From contig CAYLPP010000012.1 of the NCBI GenBank assembly GCA_964385615.1, forward strand, positions 16,865 through 80,864: 64,000 nucleotides of DNA, in the 5' to 3' direction. The translations under genes and the position numbers were made by a program. Source of the DNA: an uncultured bacterium. Its GTDB lineage: Bacteria; Omnitrophota; Omnitrophia; Omnitrophales; Aquincolibacteriaceae. The notes below the pieces were generated by a model. That model had not been told where the DNA came from. It saw nothing but the letters and a program-made list of their open reading frames with translations, and searched no databases. Shown here one piece after another: positions 47,401-58,458 of this stretch; the stretch's first letter is position 1, and each line of letters begins with the position of its first letter.

Positions 47401-48024
47401 CTACTTGGAGAACAATTCGACGATCAGAGATTCTTCAACCGGCAGAGCCGCGTCAGCCTTGGTCGGTACACGCACCATCGTGGCTTCAAGATTTTTCGCG
47501 TCTAACTGAAGCCATTCGGGAACCGTGAGGTCTTTCCACTTTTCAAGGCTCGCCTGCACGCGCTTCTGCGTAGCTTCCTTCTTACGCGCCGCGATCTTGT
47601 CACCGGGGCGGACGATAAAAGAAGGAATATTCACCACTCGGCCGTTCACAAAAATCAGGCCGTGGCTGACCATCTGACGGGCTTCGCGGCGGGTAGCCGA
47701 AAAGAGCAGACGGTAAACAACGTTATCAAGACGGCGTTCCAGAAGTTCGATCAGCTGTTCGCCGGTCACACCGCGCTTCTGAGCGGCGCGGTCGAAGAAC
47801 ACGCGGAACTGGCGCTCCATGAGGCCGTAAATCCGCTTGAGCTTCTGTTTTTCACGAAGCTGCACACCATAGTCGGAAAGCTTACCGCGGCCTTTGCCGT
47901 GCTGACCGGGCACCTGGTTAATGCGCTTGTCGTATTTTTCATCTGTCGCGCGGCGGCCCTTGAGCCCAAGGTTCACACCTTCGCGGCGGTGTAATTTGAC
48001 TACGGGTCCTGTATAGCGTCCCAT
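47401..48024 (-). CDS. rpsD: 30S ribosomal protein S4
   Basis: MGRYTGPVVKLHRREG ... S4 domain. Confidence 0.95.
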   Translation of the reverse strand: MGRYTGPVVKLHRREGVNLGLKGRRATDEKYDKRINQVPGQHGKGRGKLSDYGVQLREKQKLKRIYGLMERQFRVFFDRAAQKRGVTGEQLIELLERRLDNVVYRLLFSATRREARQMVSHGLIFVNGRVVNIPSFIVRPGDKIAARKKEATQKRVQASLEKWKDLTVPEWLQLDAKNLEATMVRVPTKADAALPVEESLIVELFSK

Positions 48025-48026
48025 GA

Positions 48027-48398
48027 TTAAACTCTCCTTCTCTTCGGCGGACGGCAGCCGTTATGCGGAATCGGGGTCATGTCATGGATCGCGCTGACGG
48101 CAAGACCGGCAGCCTGAAGCGCGCGAATCGCTGATTCACGGCCGGCGCCCGGACCCTTGACGAACACTTCCACTTCCTTCATGCCGTGTTCAAGCGCCTT
48201 CTTGGCAGCTTGCTCGGAAGCAATCTGGGCCGCGAAAGGCGTGGATTTTTTGGATCCCTTGAAACCCGCGGCTCCGGCAGACGACCAGCAAAGGGCGTTG
48301 CCTTTCGGGTCCGTGATGGTCACAAAGGTGTTGTTGAAGCTCGCGAGAATATGCACCACTCCGCGGGCGACTTGTTTAATTTTTTTCTTCTTAGCCAT
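48027..48398 (-). CDS. rpsK: 30S ribosomal protein S11
   Basis: [24 protein letters not shown]. Confidence 0.95.
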   Translation of the reverse strand: MAKKKKIKQVARGVVHILASFNNTFVTITDPKGNALCWSSAGAAGFKGSKKSTPFAAQIASEQAAKKALEHGMKEVEVFVKGPGAGRESAIRALQAAGLAVSAIHDMTPIPHNGCRPPKRRRV

Positions 48399-48426
48399 GA
48401 TTTCTCCCTGATTCCTTAGTCAAATC

Positions 48427-48813
48427 TTATTTAGGCGCGGGCGGCTTTTTGGAAAGACCACTCATAGTCTTCCGCGGCCCTTTGCGCGTTCTTGCGTTAG
48501 TGTGGCTGCGCTGACCGCGAACCGGCAGGCCCTTCAAGTGGCGCGTACCGCGGTAGCAGCGAATGTCCATCAAGCGTTTAATGTTCTGCTGGACTTCACG
48601 GCGCAAGTCACCCTCAACCTTGCAGGTTTTCTGGATGACGGTGGTGATGGCCGAGATTTCTTTTTCGGTCAAATCCTTGGCGCGTTTATTGGGGTCCACA
48701 CCCGCTTCCTGAAGCACGTCAACGGCGTTAGACTTGCCGATTCCGTACAGATAACGAAGCGCGATGACCGTTCTTTTTTCTCTCGGAATATCAACACCAA
48801 AAATACGAGGCAT
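48427..48813 (-). CDS. rpsM: 30S ribosomal protein S13
   Basis: [14 protein letters not shown] ... [14 protein letters not shown]. Confidence 0.95.
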   Translation of the reverse strand: MPRIFGVDIPREKRTVIALRYLYGIGKSNAVDVLQEAGVDPNKRAKDLTEKEISAITTVIQKTCKVEGDLRREVQQNIKRLMDIRCYRGTRHLKGLPVRGQRSHTNARTRKGPRKTMSGLSKKPPAPK

Positions 48814-48861
48814 TTAATTGCTCCTTTTTATCCTTGAAGCGTTTTTAGCTTCAAGTTGACT

Positions 48862-48975
48862 TTTCTTTCTCTCAGCCCTGCCGCTGCTTGTGCTTAGGAT
48901 TCGTGCAGATGACATACACAACCCGTTTGCGGCGGACAATCTTACAATTTTCACAAATACGCTTAACAGAACTGC
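48862..48975 (-). CDS. rpmJ: 50S ribosomal protein L36
   Basis: Translates [37 protein letters not shown] (37 aa, Zn-ribbon C-x2-C...C-x). Not in the ORF track because it is under 60 aa. Confidence 0.9.
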
Positions 48976-48995
48976 GAACTTTCATAAATTCCTCA

Positions 48996-49214
48996 TTATT
49001 TAATTCGGAAAGTGATGCGCCCGCGCGTCAAATCGTACGGCGAAAGCTCCACTTTCACTTTATCACCCGGCAAAATGCGGATGTAATTCATTCTCATCTT
49101 ACCGGAAATATGAGCTAAAACCTTGTGCCCGTTCTCAAGCTCTACCCGAAACATCGCGTTGGGCAGGGGCTCGATCACTACGCCCTCAACTTCAATGGCA
49201 TCATCTTTAGGCAT
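48996..49214 (-). CDS. infA: translation initiation factor IF-1
   Basis: [41 protein letters not shown]. Confidence 0.95.
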   Translation of the reverse strand: MPKDDAIEVEGVVIEPLPNAMFRVELENGHKVLAHISGKMRMNYIRILPGDKVKVELSPYDLTRGRITFRIK

Positions 49215-49217
49215 AAG

Positions 49218-49970
49218 TTAGCTTTTGTCCCCGGTTAAATTCACGTAGCCGTTGTCAAAAAAAGCCACGGTATCTTCATAGTGACTGGCCCATTTACGGT
49301 CCTTCGTCACTACCGTCCAGCCATCCGGCAGTGTTTCCACCGCGCAGCTGCCTTCCGTTACCATCGGCTCTATGGCCAGGACAAGGCCACTTTCAATTTT
49401 CGGCCCGTGCCCTGCTCGGCCGTAATTTGGAACCTGCGGCTCTTCATGAAGCGCGCGCCCAATTCCGTGTCCCACATAATCCCGCACCACCTGAAAACCG
49501 CGGGACTCAATCAATTGCTGAATTTTTTCCGACAGATCGCCGATTCTGCATCCGGGCTTATACGCGTCAAGCCCAGCCATAAATGAATCACGGGCTGTAT
49601 CGATCAGTTTCTGTCTTACAGGAGAAACTTTCCCGACGGCCCAGCTTCTTGCCGCGTCAGCATAGTAACCGCTGACTTTGGATCCGATATCAAAACTTAC
49701 GATATCGCCTTCTTTTAACTTTTTCGGGCCCGGAATCCCGTGCACCACTTCTTCGTTCAGCGAGATGCACGCCGTTTTTTTGAAACCGCGGTAACCTTTA
49801 AACGCCGGCTCACCGCCCGATTCCCGGATAATCGCTTCGGCCATCGCGTCAAGCTCATCGGTTGTAACCCCGGGCTTGATTTCCTGCCGGACCTTCGCAA
49901 AAACTTTTCTTAAAATCTCGGAAGCTTCCTGGATGATCTGTATTTCTCGCTTGGACTTCAGCGAAATCAT
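49218..49970 (-). CDS. map: type I methionine aminopeptidase
   Basis: Metal-binding residues in ...DIVSFDIG... HGIG ... LAIEPM. Confidence 0.95.
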   Translation of the reverse strand: MISLKSKREIQIIQEASEILRKVFAKVRQEIKPGVTTDELDAMAEAIIRESGGEPAFKGYRGFKKTACISLNEEVVHGIPGPKKLKEGDIVSFDIGSKVSGYYADAARSWAVGKVSPVRQKLIDTARDSFMAGLDAYKPGCRIGDLSEKIQQLIESRGFQVVRDYVGHGIGRALHEEPQVPNYGRAGHGPKIESGLVLAIEPMVTEGSCAVETLPDGWTVVTKDRKWASHYEDTVAFFDNGYVNLTGDKS

Positions 49971-50623
49971 GCCAACTTTAACTTCTCAAAAAGCTTCTTA
50001 ATTTCCGCCTGAAGTTCAGGCACATCAAAGTCGCCCGGCACTTCATGGAGCTGTCCCTGTTTCGCGTAATAATCAATCAGGGGCTTTGTTTCTTTGTCAT
50101 ACATTTTAAGCCGGTTCTGAATCGTAGCCGGCTCATCATCTTTACGCTGCGTGAGTTTCTCACCGCAGTTATCGCAAATCCCCTCAACCTTCGGGCGGAT
50201 ATTGCGGATATGATAATTTCCATTGCACTTAGTGCAGACCCGGCGGCCTGAAAGCCGTTCCAGGATCATTTTTTCCGAAGTCGCGAAATTCAAAACCACG
50301 TCGATCTTCGTATTTTCTTTTTTCAAAAAACCATCGAGCGCTTCCGCCTGACCGATCGTGCGCGGATAACCGTCGAGAATAAATCCCCGGTCAAGACCGG
50401 AACGCTTCATCTCCTCGAACATCATCGCGTTAACAAGGTCATCAGAAACCAATCCGCCTTTTTCAATCACTTCCTTGGCTTTTTTCCCAAGTTCAGTGTT
50501 GCCGCGAATATGGCCTCTTAAAATTTCGCCCGTTGAAAGCTGAGGACAGCCGTACTTTTTGCTGATAATGACCGCGTGAGTACCCTTACCTGCTCCCGGA
50601 GGGCCCAACAAGATCATCTTCAT
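49967..50623 (-). CDS. adk: adenylate kinase (Zn-binding lid)
   Basis: ILLGPPGAGKGT P-loop. Lid with C-x2-C...C-x2-C. Confidence 0.95.
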   Translation of the reverse strand: MKMILLGPPGAGKGTHAVIISKKYGCPQLSTGEILRGHIRGNTELGKKAKEVIEKGGLVSDDLVNAMMFEEMKRSGLDRGFILDGYPRTIGQAEALDGFLKKENTKIDVVLNFATSEKMILERLSGRRVCTKCNGNYHIRNIRPKVEGICDNCGEKLTQRKDDEPATIQNRLKMYDKETKPLIDYYAKQGQLHEVPGDFDVPELQAEIKKLFEKLKLA

Positions 50624-51981
50624 GAGCTGCGCCGAGCTTTCAGCTTCCCTCTTTTGATGAACCCTTCATAGTGACGCATCAAAAGCTGGGATTCAATTTG
50701 CTGCATGGTGTCCAGCACCACACCGACGATAATCAAAAGACCTGTACCGCCGAAGAAGCTGGCGATTAAAAACGGAATGTTCAGCACTTTCGGCGACGAA
50801 ATCACGCTGGGAAACAGCGCGATAACCGCAAGAAAGATGGCGCCGCTTGCCGCGATGCGGGTCATCACGTAATCCAGATATTCCGCCGTATTTTTTCCGG
50901 GCCGGATACCGGGCAGGAAACCGCCGAACTTCTGCAAGTTTTCGCTGACTTCGATCGGATTAAACGTAATCGCCGTATAAAAGAACGTGAAAAACAAAAT
51001 TAAAAACGCTTCAAAACAAGAATAAACCAGTGAACCATGCGACAGGTGCCTGGCAACCCAGTTGAGCGCTCCCGCTTTCGGGAAAAACCCGGCAATCGTG
51101 GCCGGAAACAAAATAACAGACTGGGCGAAGATAATCGGAATCACACCCGCCTGGTTAACTTTCAGCGGGAGATAAGTGCTTTGCCCGCCGTACATCCGGT
51201 TACCGCGAAGCTGTTTCGCGTATTGCACCGGAATCTTTCGCTGACCCTGAATAATCAGAATAACGCCAATAACCGTGCCGACGAAAAGGCCGATCATGAG
51301 AGCGAATTTCCACCAAGCTAACTGCTGACGCGACGGATCAAACGGCGAAAGTAGAAGCCAGGTCTGCCACAGCGCGGTCGGAACCGATTCAATAATACCG
51401 GCCGTGATAACAATCGAAATACCGTTGCCAATGCCGTACTGATCAATCTGTTCGCCCAGCCACATAATGAAAGCTGTTCCAGTGGTCAGAGTCAAAATCG
51501 TCATCAGGCGGAAAGCCCAGCCCGGGTTCGGCACAATCACGGTGCCTTGGAACGCGTTCGGGTTTTCAAGCCACAGCGAAATGAAAAAAGTCTGGATAAT
51601 GGCCAGAATCACCGTTCCATAACGGGTATACTGAATAATTTTCTTACGGCCTTCTTCGCCTTCCTTAGCCATCTTTTCAAGCTGAGGAATAACCACCGTC
51701 AAAAGCTGAAGAATAATAGACGCGGAAACGTAAGGCATGATGCCCAGAGCGAAAATCGTCGCTTTCTGGAGCGCTCCGCCTGAAAACATTCCCATAATGC
51801 CAAAGATCGTTCCTCCCGGAGTCCGGGAGATGGATTGAAAGAAGCGCGACAGAGCCACGCCGTCAATCCCCGGCGTCGGAATATAAGCGCCGACGCGGTA
51901 AACCGCGATAATCAATAGCGTAAAAAGGATCTTTTTCCTGAGTTCAGGAATTTTAAATATATTGGAATAAGCTTGAAGCAT
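50620..51981 (-). CDS. secY: preprotein translocase subunit SecY
   Basis: 453 aa, 10 TM, conserved SecY plug/TM2 motifs. Confidence 0.95.
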   Translation of the reverse strand: MLQAYSNIFKIPELRKKILFTLLIIAVYRVGAYIPTPGIDGVALSRFFQSISRTPGGTIFGIMGMFSGGALQKATIFALGIMPYVSASIILQLLTVVIPQLEKMAKEGEEGRKKIIQYTRYGTVILAIIQTFFISLWLENPNAFQGTVIVPNPGWAFRLMTILTLTTGTAFIMWLGEQIDQYGIGNGISIVITAGIIESVPTALWQTWLLLSPFDPSRQQLAWWKFALMIGLFVGTVIGVILIIQGQRKIPVQYAKQLRGNRMYGGQSTYLPLKVNQAGVIPIIFAQSVILFPATIAGFFPKAGALNWVARHLSHGSLVYSCFEAFLILFFTFFYTAITFNPIEVSENLQKFGGFLPGIRPGKNTAEYLDYVMTRIAASGAIFLAVIALFPSVISSPKVLNIPFLIASFFGGTGLLIIVGVVLDTMQQIESQLLMRHYEGFIKRGKLKARRSS

Positions 51982-51999
51982 TTTCCGCCAAGATCCTGT

Positions 52000-52455
52000 T
52001 TATGATTCCGATGTTTCTGTTTTCTTAGCAGCAGACGCAATCACAATCGCCTGCCCTCCCGCTTTTTCGATTTTTTCCTTGGCCGACTCACTGAAATAAT
52101 GAGCGCTGACCTTCAGGGCCTTCTTCACTTCACCCTGCCCCAGAACTTTCACCAGCTTCTGGTGGATCAAACCCCTTTTCTTCATGACTTCGGGAGAAAT
52201 TTCCGATTCACGAAGCTTGGAGAGGCTTTCAACATTCACAATATCAATCCGTTCCTGCAGAGAGGCACGGTTGAAACCGCGCTTGGGAATACGGCGGTAC
52301 AACGGGTTCTGACCGCCTTCAAAGCCGAGGCGCTGAGAAAAGCCGGAGCGTGAGCGCTGACCTTTCTGACCACGGCAGGAAGTCTTTCCGTGACCGGAAC
52401 CGATACCAAAACCAACCCGTTTCTTTCTTTTTTTGTAAGGAAATTTTGCTTTCAT
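52000..52455 (-). CDS. rplO: 50S ribosomal protein L15
   Basis: Gly/Arg-rich N-terminus KRVGFGIGSGHGKTSCRGQKGQRSRSG. It directly follows rpsE with a 5-bp gap, so no L30 gene. Confidence 0.9.
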   Translation of the reverse strand: MKAKFPYKKRKKRVGFGIGSGHGKTSCRGQKGQRSRSGFSQRLGFEGGQNPLYRRIPKRGFNRASLQERIDIVNVESLSKLRESEISPEVMKKRGLIHQKLVKVLGQGEVKKALKVSAHYFSESAKEKIEKAGGQAIVIASAAKKTETSES

Positions 52456-52460
52456 GAAAT

Positions 52461-53027
52461 TCAGCCTTCCGGTGTATTTTCTTCGTGACGTTCGCGCGTG
52501 CTGACAAGCCTTCTCAGACCATCAACCGTCGCTTTAAGCACGTTCACGGAATTATCGCTGCCAAGACTCTTGGTCAGAATGTCTTTGATACCGCAAGCTT
52601 CACAAACGGCGCGCACCGCACCGCCGGCGATAATGCCGGTACCGGGAGCCGCAGGCTTAAGAAGCACTTTGGCCGCCCCGTAACGCCCGATGATATCGTG
52701 CGGAATCGTGGTGCCCTTCAAATAAACTTTAAACCTTCTCTTATCCGCGGCAATCAAACCTTTGCGGATGGAGTCTGCCACTTCATTGGCTTTGCCCAAG
52801 GCAAAACCCATTTCGGCTTGACCGTTTCCAATCACAACAAGCGCGCTAAAGTGAAAGCGGCGTCCGCCCTTCACAACCTTGGCGCAACGGTTAACTTGAA
52901 TAACTTTTTCATAACGGCCAGTGGCAGCAAGAGTCGCCGCAGAAGACATCGGCTTCGAGGGCTGTTCCTTCCGCTCTCTTTTCGGTTTCGGTTCTTCTTC
53001 CAAAGTGGTTTCTCCTTTTTTCTGCAT
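52461..53027 (-). CDS. rpsE: 30S ribosomal protein S5 (N-terminally extended)
   Basis: [25 protein letters not shown] core, with an approximately 35-aa charged N-terminal extension. Confidence 0.9.
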   Translation of the reverse strand: MQKKGETTLEEEPKPKRERKEQPSKPMSSAATLAATGRYEKVIQVNRCAKVVKGGRRFHFSALVVIGNGQAEMGFALGKANEVADSIRKGLIAADKRRFKVYLKGTTIPHDIIGRYGAAKVLLKPAAPGTGIIAGGAVRAVCEACGIKDILTKSLGSDNSVNVLKATVDGLRRLVSTRERHEENTPEG

Positions 53028-53386
53028 TAGAACTTGATCCCGCCCTGACGGAGCGATTCAGCAAGAGCTTTGACCCGGCCATGATAAAGATAACCGCCGC
53101 GGTCAAACGCGATTTGAGTAATTCCTTTTTCCTTAAGCTTGGACGCAAAAACTTCACCGAGCTTTTCTGATTTCTTCACTTTGCCCGACTTCGGCGCGGA
53201 CTTCGAAAAATCTTTATCCAGCGTGGAAATCGAAACAAGAGTCTTCGCATTGACATCATCTACCACCTGAACATAAATGTTCTTGGCGGAGCGGTGAACC
53301 GCGAGGCGCGGACGCTCAGGCGTGCCGACCATCTTCTTGCGAATTCTTCCGTGTCTTTTCTGTCTTGCAAGGTCTTTTGTATTCAT
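53027..53386 (-). CDS. rplR: 50S ribosomal protein L18
   Basis: [18 protein letters not shown] ... [17 protein letters not shown]. Confidence 0.9.
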   Translation of the reverse strand: MNTKDLARQKRHGRIRKKMVGTPERPRLAVHRSAKNIYVQVVDDVNAKTLVSISTLDKDFSKSAPKSGKVKKSEKLGEVFASKLKEKGITQIAFDRGGYLYHGRVKALAESLRQGGIKF

Positions 53387-53412
53387 AATTTTATCGTCCT
53401 TAATTCCGGCTA

Positions 53413-53949
53413 TTAACCGACCGTTTTACCCTGTTTACGGCGGATCACTTCGCCGACATAGTGGATACCTTTGCCCTTATAGGGTTCGGGTTCATAGAAA
53501 CCGCGGATCTCAGCCGCCACCTGACCGACCTTCTGCTTGTCGGAACCGGTCACAACCACGCGGGTCGGGTTGGGGCACTTGATTTCAATGCCTTCGGGAA
53601 TATTAAAATCAATCGGGTGCGTGTAGCCGAGAGCGAGGTTCAGAATCTTACCCTTCACAATAGCTTTGAAACCGACACCGACGATTTCGAGTTCTTTGGT
53701 GTATCCCTGAGTCACACCCACGACCATATTCTGAATAAGGCTGCGGGTCAGACCGTGAAGCTCGCGATCCACACGGTTGTCCGTCGGACGGGTCACTTCA
53801 ACTTTTTCATTGGAAACCGCGACTTTCACACGGGGATGAATCTTAATATCCAGTTTGCCCTTCGGGCCCTGAACAGAAACATTCAATCCCTGAGCCGCGA
53901 CTTTCACACCACTGGGAATCGTAATAGGTTTTTTTCCGATACGTGACAT
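53413..53949 (-). CDS. rplF: 50S ribosomal protein L6
   Basis: [17 protein letters not shown]... Confidence 0.95.
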   Translation of the reverse strand: MSRIGKKPITIPSGVKVAAQGLNVSVQGPKGKLDIKIHPRVKVAVSNEKVEVTRPTDNRVDRELHGLTRSLIQNMVVGVTQGYTKELEIVGVGFKAIVKGKILNLALGYTHPIDFNIPEGIEIKCPNPTRVVVTGSDKQKVGQVAAEIRGFYEPEPYKGKGIHYVGEVIRRKQGKTVG

Positions 53950-53959
53950 AGTTAAACTC

Positions 53960-54358
53960 CTACCAGACCTTGCACAAAAGTTCGCCGCCGGCCTTGGATT
54001 GACGGGCCTGACGGTCGGTCAAAACGCCTTTGGATGTGGAAACGATCGCCACGCCCAATCCGCCCTGAACACGGGGAATTTCATCACAGCTCACATAAAT
54101 GCGGCGGCCGGGCTTTGAAACACGGCGCAAGCCCTGAATAGCGGGCTTCTTACCGCGAATGTACTTCAAATGGATACGAATGTAATTTTTCTTTTCTTCG
54201 GTAAACGGCTTAACGTTCTCGACGAAACCTTCTTCTTTAAGAATTTCCGCGATTTTCACGGTCATCTTCGAAGCGGGAACGGTAACCTTGTCCTTTTTGG
54301 CCTTGGCGGCGTTACGGACAACCGTTAAAAAATCTGCGACAAAATCAGTAACAGGCAT
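53960..54358 (-). CDS. rpsH: 30S ribosomal protein S8
   Basis: True start MPVTDFVADFLTVVRNA (ATG at 54358). The ORF-track extension to 54415 overlaps rpsN and is an artefact. Confidence 0.9.
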   Translation of the reverse strand: MPVTDFVADFLTVVRNAAKAKKDKVTVPASKMTVKIAEILKEEGFVENVKPFTEEKKNYIRIHLKYIRGKKPAIQGLRRVSKPGRRIYVSCDEIPRVQGGLGVAIVSTSKGVLTDRQARQSKAGGELLCKVW

Positions 54359-54368
54359 TGTTTTCTCC

Positions 54369-54554
54369 TTACCAGCTGGACTTGACGACGCCGGGAATGA
54401 ATCCCTGGACGGCAAGTTCCCGGAAGCAAATACGGCAGAGCGCGAACTTGCGGATGTAACCGCCTGAACGGCCGCACTGCTTGCAGCGCGTATAAGCCTG
54501 CACTTTAAATTTAGGTTTTCTCTGCTGCTTTACAACCAAACATGTTTTAGCCAT
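54369..54554 (-). CDS. rpsN: 30S ribosomal protein S14 type Z (zinc-binding)
   Basis: 61 aa. [20 protein letters not shown] four-Cys motif. Confidence 0.9.
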   Translation of the reverse strand: MAKTCLVVKQQRKPKFKVQAYTRCKQCGRSGGYIRKFALCRICFRELAVQGFIPGVVKSSW

Positions 54555-55122
54555 TCTTCACCTCTTTTTTGTGGAACGGCAGTCCCAGAAGCTCAAGAAA
54601 TCTTTTAGCTTCCTGCTTATTTTCAGCGGTGGTCACAAACGTGATGTTCATGCCCTTGATTTTCTTAACCTTATCAAATTCCACTTCCGGGAAAATCGTC
54701 TGTTCAGTGATTCCCAGAGTGTAGTTACCGCGTTCATCAAAAGCGTGTTCGGAATAACCGCGGAAGTCACGGATACGGGGCATCGCGACGTTAAAAAGAC
54801 GGTCAAGGAATTCCCACATACGCTGACGGCGGAGAGTAACCTTCAAACCGACCGGAGAACCTTCGCGGAGCTTGAAGCCGGCGATTGATTTTTTCGCGCG
54901 GTTAACCTGAGGCTTCTGGCCGGTAATTTGACCAAGTTCATGCGCAAGCTGTTCAAAAAGCTTGATGTCTTCCTGGCCTTCTTTCACACCAATATTCACG
55001 ACCACTTTTTCAAGTTTAGGAACGCGCATCGCGTTGGGATATTTGAATTCCTGCTTAAGAACAGGAACCACTTCCTTCTTATACTTTTCAGCGAGTCTGG
55101 GAACGAATGCTGTCGTGCTCAT
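54547..55122 (-). CDS. rplE: 50S ribosomal protein L5
   Basis: True start [18 protein letters not shown] (ATG at 55122). The longer ORF-track frame reads through rplX and is an artefact. Confidence 0.9.
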   Translation of the reverse strand: MSTTAFVPRLAEKYKKEVVPVLKQEFKYPNAMRVPKLEKVVVNIGVKEGQEDIKLFEQLAHELGQITGQKPQVNRAKKSIAGFKLREGSPVGLKVTLRRQRMWEFLDRLFNVAMPRIRDFRGYSEHAFDERGNYTLGITEQTIFPEVEFDKVKKIKGMNITFVTTAENKQEAKRFLELLGLPFHKKEVKNG

Positions 55123-55123
55123 T

Positions 55124-55447
55124 TTATTTGGTCTCCCCCAACAATTCATGGCAGAGATGGCAGGAGCGCTGCTTGGTTTCGTCCGCAAGAATCGTATATT
55201 TAACGCGAGTCGGCTTACCGCAGCGGGGGCAGATGAGCTGAAGCTTGGAAACATGGATCTTGGTTTCCATCTCAAGAATACCGCCCTTGGGATTCGACTG
55301 ACTGGGGCGAGTCGCGACCTTGCGGTAATTAATCTTTTCCACAAGAGCCTTGTGCTCACTTGCCAATACACGCATCACACGGCCTTTTTTGCCGCGATCT
55401 TTACCTGAAATCACAACCACTTGATCATTTTTACGAATACGCATCAC
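55124..55447 (-). CDS. rplX: 50S ribosomal protein L24
   Basis: [27 protein letters not shown] (KOW motif). Confidence 0.9.
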   Translation of the reverse strand: MMRIRKNDQVVVISGKDRGKKGRVMRVLASEHKALVEKINYRKVATRPSQSNPKGGILEMETKIHVSKLQLICPRCGKPTRVKYTILADETKQRSCHLCHELLGETK

Positions 55448-55812
55448 ACCACCTCAGGGGCGAGAGAAAGAATCTTGGTGAATTCCCGCTCTCTAAGCTC
55501 ACGCGCCACAGGGCCGAAAATACGGGTACCCTTGGGGTTTTTCTGAGCATCAATAATGACAATCGCGTTTGAAGAAAATTTCACAGCCGAACCGTCTTTA
55601 CGGCGGATCGGGGACTTAGTGCGTACGATCACAGCCTTGACGACTTCGCCCTTTTTAACACCGCCGTCAGGAATCGCTTCCTTGACGTTCGCGGTAATGA
55701 CATCGCCAACCTGGGCAATACGCTTACCACGGCGGCCAATGACGCCAATCATAGACGCTTTTTTAGCACCGCTGTTGTCTGCAATATCCAGAATGGTTCT
55801 GATCTGAATCAT
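55444..55812 (-). CDS. rplN: 50S ribosomal protein L14
   Basis: [18 protein letters not shown]. Confidence 0.95.
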   Translation of the reverse strand: MIQIRTILDIADNSGAKKASMIGVIGRRGKRIAQVGDVITANVKEAIPDGGVKKGEVVKAVIVRTKSPIRRKDGSAVKFSSNAIVIIDAQKNPKGTRIFGPVARELREREFTKILSLAPEVV

Positions 55813-56141
55813 TTCGACACCTTTTCAAGCACCTGCACAAGACGCCAGCGCTTGGTTTTTGAAAGCGGACGGGTTTCGATAATACGAACCTTGTCGCCGA
55901 TTTTAGCTTCGTTCTTTTCATCATGCACCGCGTACTTCACGTTACGGCGGATGACTTTTTTGAAATCCGGATGTTCCATCTGACGCGTCACCTGAACAAT
56001 CAAGGTCTTCTGCATCTTATTGCTAAGCACAACGCCTTCTCTCTGACGCTGGCCGTAAGATTCGGAAGCGCCAGACTGAGCGGCTTTCGGAGCCTGAACT
56101 TTCTTAACAGCTGTCTTTTTAGCTTTGGTTTCTTCAGTCAT
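55809..56141 (-). CDS. rpsQ: 30S ribosomal protein S17 (N-terminally extended)
   Basis: [18 protein letters not shown]...[27 protein letters not shown] core with an approximately 35-aa Lys/Ala-rich leader. Confidence 0.9.
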   Translation of the reverse strand: MTEETKAKKTAVKKVQAPKAAQSGASESYGQRQREGVVLSNKMQKTLIVQVTRQMEHPDFKKVIRRNVKYAVHDEKNEAKIGDKVRIIETRPLSKTKRWRLVQVLEKVSK

Positions 56142-56144
56142 GGC

Positions 56145-56477
56145 TTACTTACCCTTTTTCGCTTTGGCCGGAGCTTTAACAGCTTTGGCTTCAGGCTTCT
56201 TTTTAACTGCTTTTTTCTCTTCCGCTTTAGGCTGGACTGCCTTAACTTTTTTCACCGGAGTGGCAGGCGCAGTCTTGACGGCGCCTTCACGGTTCAATTC
56301 ATTGGCAACAGTCAGGAGACGGGCAATCGTACGGCGGGTTTCGCGAATCGCGCCCTGGCGTTCAAGTTTGCCGGTTTTAGCCTGAAAACGAAGCTGCATC
56401 AATTCTTTGCGCAGAGAACTTTCTTTTTCGCGCAATTCTTCAGGACCGAGATTTCTCAATTCTTCAATCTTCATCAT
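56145..56477 (-). CDS. rpmC: 50S ribosomal protein L29 with long Lys/Ala-rich C-terminal tail
   Basis: MMKIEELRNLGPEELREKESSLRKELMQLRFQ core. Confidence 0.85.
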   Translation of the reverse strand: MMKIEELRNLGPEELREKESSLRKELMQLRFQAKTGKLERQGAIRETRRTIARLLTVANELNREGAVKTAPATPVKKVKAVQPKAEEKKAVKKKPEAKAVKAPAKAKKGK

Positions 56478-56479
56478 GA

Positions 56480-56902
56480 TTAAGCCCCTACCCCTTTACG
56501 CGTAATAAACTTGGTGCGGAACGGAATCTTGTAAGCGCAAAGCCGAAGAGCTGACTTGGCCAAGGTTTCAGGAATACCACCCATTTCAAAAAGAATACGC
56601 CCGGGTTTAACCACCACGACATAATATTCTGGAGCGCCTTTTCCCTTACCCATACGGGTTTCCGCGGGTTTTTTGGAATAAGCTTTGTCCGGAAAAACGC
56701 GGGTCCAGATTTTTCCGCCGCGCTTAACGTGACGGGTCAAAGCGACACGGGCCGCTTCAAGCTGAATGGCCGTAAGCCATCCGCGATCCAGAGATTTCAA
56801 AGCATAATCACCGAAAGCGATTTCACTACCGCGCGTGGCAACGCCGCCCATCCATCCGCGCTGTTGTTTTCTAAATTTGACTCTCTTCGGCTGCATCGAC
56901 AT
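56480..56902 (-). CDS. rplP: 50S ribosomal protein L16
   Basis: [16 protein letters not shown]. Confidence 0.95.
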   Translation of the reverse strand: MSMQPKRVKFRKQQRGWMGGVATRGSEIAFGDYALKSLDRGWLTAIQLEAARVALTRHVKRGGKIWTRVFPDKAYSKKPAETRMGKGKGAPEYYVVVVKPGRILFEMGGIPETLAKSALRLCAYKIPFRTKFITRKGVGA

Positions 56903-56911
56903 AAAAACTCC

Positions 56912-57661
56912 TTAGGATTCCTTTGCTTCCCCAGCGGCCGGAGAATCTTCTTTTGCTTCCGGCTTGGCTTCTTCTTTCATTTTTTCAAGCAGCTGCGCTT
57001 CGCGTTCTTTACGCGCGGCAGCTTGTTCTTTCTTCACGAGAATGTCACCCTTGTAAATCCAAACCTTGATTCCGATGGAACCGTAGGTGGTATGCGCTTC
57101 AGCAAATCCATAATCAATATCCGCGCGGAAAGTGCTGAGAGGAACTTTTCCTTCGTGATACTTTTCATCACGGGCAATTTCAGCACCGCCAAGACGGCCC
57201 TTCGCGAGAACCTTGATTCCAAGAGCGCCCTTCTGCATGGCCATCTGAACCGCTTTTTTCATAGCGCGGCGGAAACCGACACGCTTCTCAAGCTGCATTC
57301 CGATATTTTCAGCAACCAGCTGTCCGTCCGTTTGAGGATTCTTCACTTCCTTGATATCCACAAGGACTTCACCTTTGGTCAGGTTCGCAAGCTCTTCTTT
57401 AATCTTGTCGATTTCCTGACCGCGGCGTCCAATAATGACCCCGGGACGAGCGGTATAAATACGCACGCGAACACGGTTTGAAGACCGGTCGATCTCAATG
57501 CTGGAAACGCCGGCGAAGGAAAGTTTTTCCTTCAGGAATTTACGGACTTTGATGTCCTCGTGAAGGTAATCGGTGAATGCTTTTTTCTGAGCATACCACC
57601 GGGCTTTCCACGGCTTGATGTATCCAAGCCTTAAACCGTACGGATGCGATTTCTGACCCAA
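56912..57661 (-). CDS. rpsC: 30S ribosomal protein S3 (C-terminally extended)
   Basis: [23 protein letters not shown] ... KH domain. About 35-aa K/E/A tail. Confidence 0.95.
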   Translation of the reverse strand: MGQKSHPYGLRLGYIKPWKARWYAQKKAFTDYLHEDIKVRKFLKEKLSFAGVSSIEIDRSSNRVRVRIYTARPGVIIGRRGQEIDKIKEELANLTKGEVLVDIKEVKNPQTDGQLVAENIGMQLEKRVGFRRAMKKAVQMAMQKGALGIKVLAKGRLGGAEIARDEKYHEGKVPLSTFRADIDYGFAEAHTTYGSIGIKVWIYKGDILVKKEQAAARKEREAQLLEKMKEEAKPEAKEDSPAAGEAKES

Positions 57662-57673
57662 GGGATCCTCCTG

Positions 57674-58156
57674 TTACGCGCCAGCAGCGGCTTTTTTGCT
57701 GCGGCCGAAAAATTTCTTTCCGGATTTGGTTTCTTTCTTTTCCTCATGCGCTTCCGGTGCCGCGGCAGAGGTTTTAAATTTCTTCTGACCTTCCGTCAAA
57801 ATAATCGAAAGGTGTGACGTGCGCTTCAGAATCCTATCGCCGCGCCCCATAGAGCGTTCAATAAAACGCTTCATAACGGGACCGCCGTCAGCGCGAATAT
57901 CTGAAATCAAAAGACGGTTTTCATCCATTTTCAGCACTTTGGCATTCGCCACGGCTGTCTTGAGAACCTTTTCAGCAATCCGGGCACCCTTCTGATGGAT
58001 GGTCATCAGAATGCGGAACGCCTGTTCGGGATGCTTCCAGCGAATAGTATCAATCACATTGCGAAGCTTGCGCGGCGCAATACGGACAAACTTAGCTTTT
58101 GCTCTGGCTGAAAGAACCTGATTTTCAGCGGCTTCTTTTTTGGCAGATTTAGTCAT
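57674..58156 (-). CDS. rplV: 50S ribosomal protein L22 (C-terminally extended)
   Basis: AKAKFVRIAPRKLRNVIDTIR core. 160 aa. Confidence 0.9.
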   Translation of the reverse strand: MTKSAKKEAAENQVLSARAKAKFVRIAPRKLRNVIDTIRWKHPEQAFRILMTIHQKGARIAEKVLKTAVANAKVLKMDENRLLISDIRADGGPVMKRFIERSMGRGDRILKRTSHLSIILTEGQKKFKTSAAAPEAHEEKKETKSGKKFFGRSKKAAAGA

Positions 58157-58158
58157 GA

Positions 58159-58458
58159 TTAAGTCTTAGCTCCCGCAGCCACAGCCTTGGCCTTATCCTG
58201 CGATGTGCTGTGCTTTCTGAAAGTACGGGTCGGAGAAAATTCGCCCAGCTTGTGTCCGACCATGTTTTCACTGACAAACACGTTGTTAAAAACTTTTCCG
58301 TTATGCACGGCAAAAGTCAAACCCACAAAGTCAGGCGTAATGGTCGAGCGCCGGGACCAGGTCTTGATCGGACGGCGGTCGTTTTTAGCCTTGGCCTTTT
58401 GGGCCTTCATCAAAAGTTTTTCGTCTACGTAAATGCCTTTTTTCGAAGAGCGGCTCAT
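58159..58458 (-). CDS. rpsS: 30S ribosomal protein S19
   Basis: [18 protein letters not shown] ... [13 protein letters not shown]. Confidence 0.95.
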   Translation of the reverse strand: MSRSSKKGIYVDEKLLMKAQKAKAKNDRRPIKTWSRRSTITPDFVGLTFAVHNGKVFNNVFVSENMVGHKLGEFSPTRTFRKHSTSQDKAKAVAAGAKT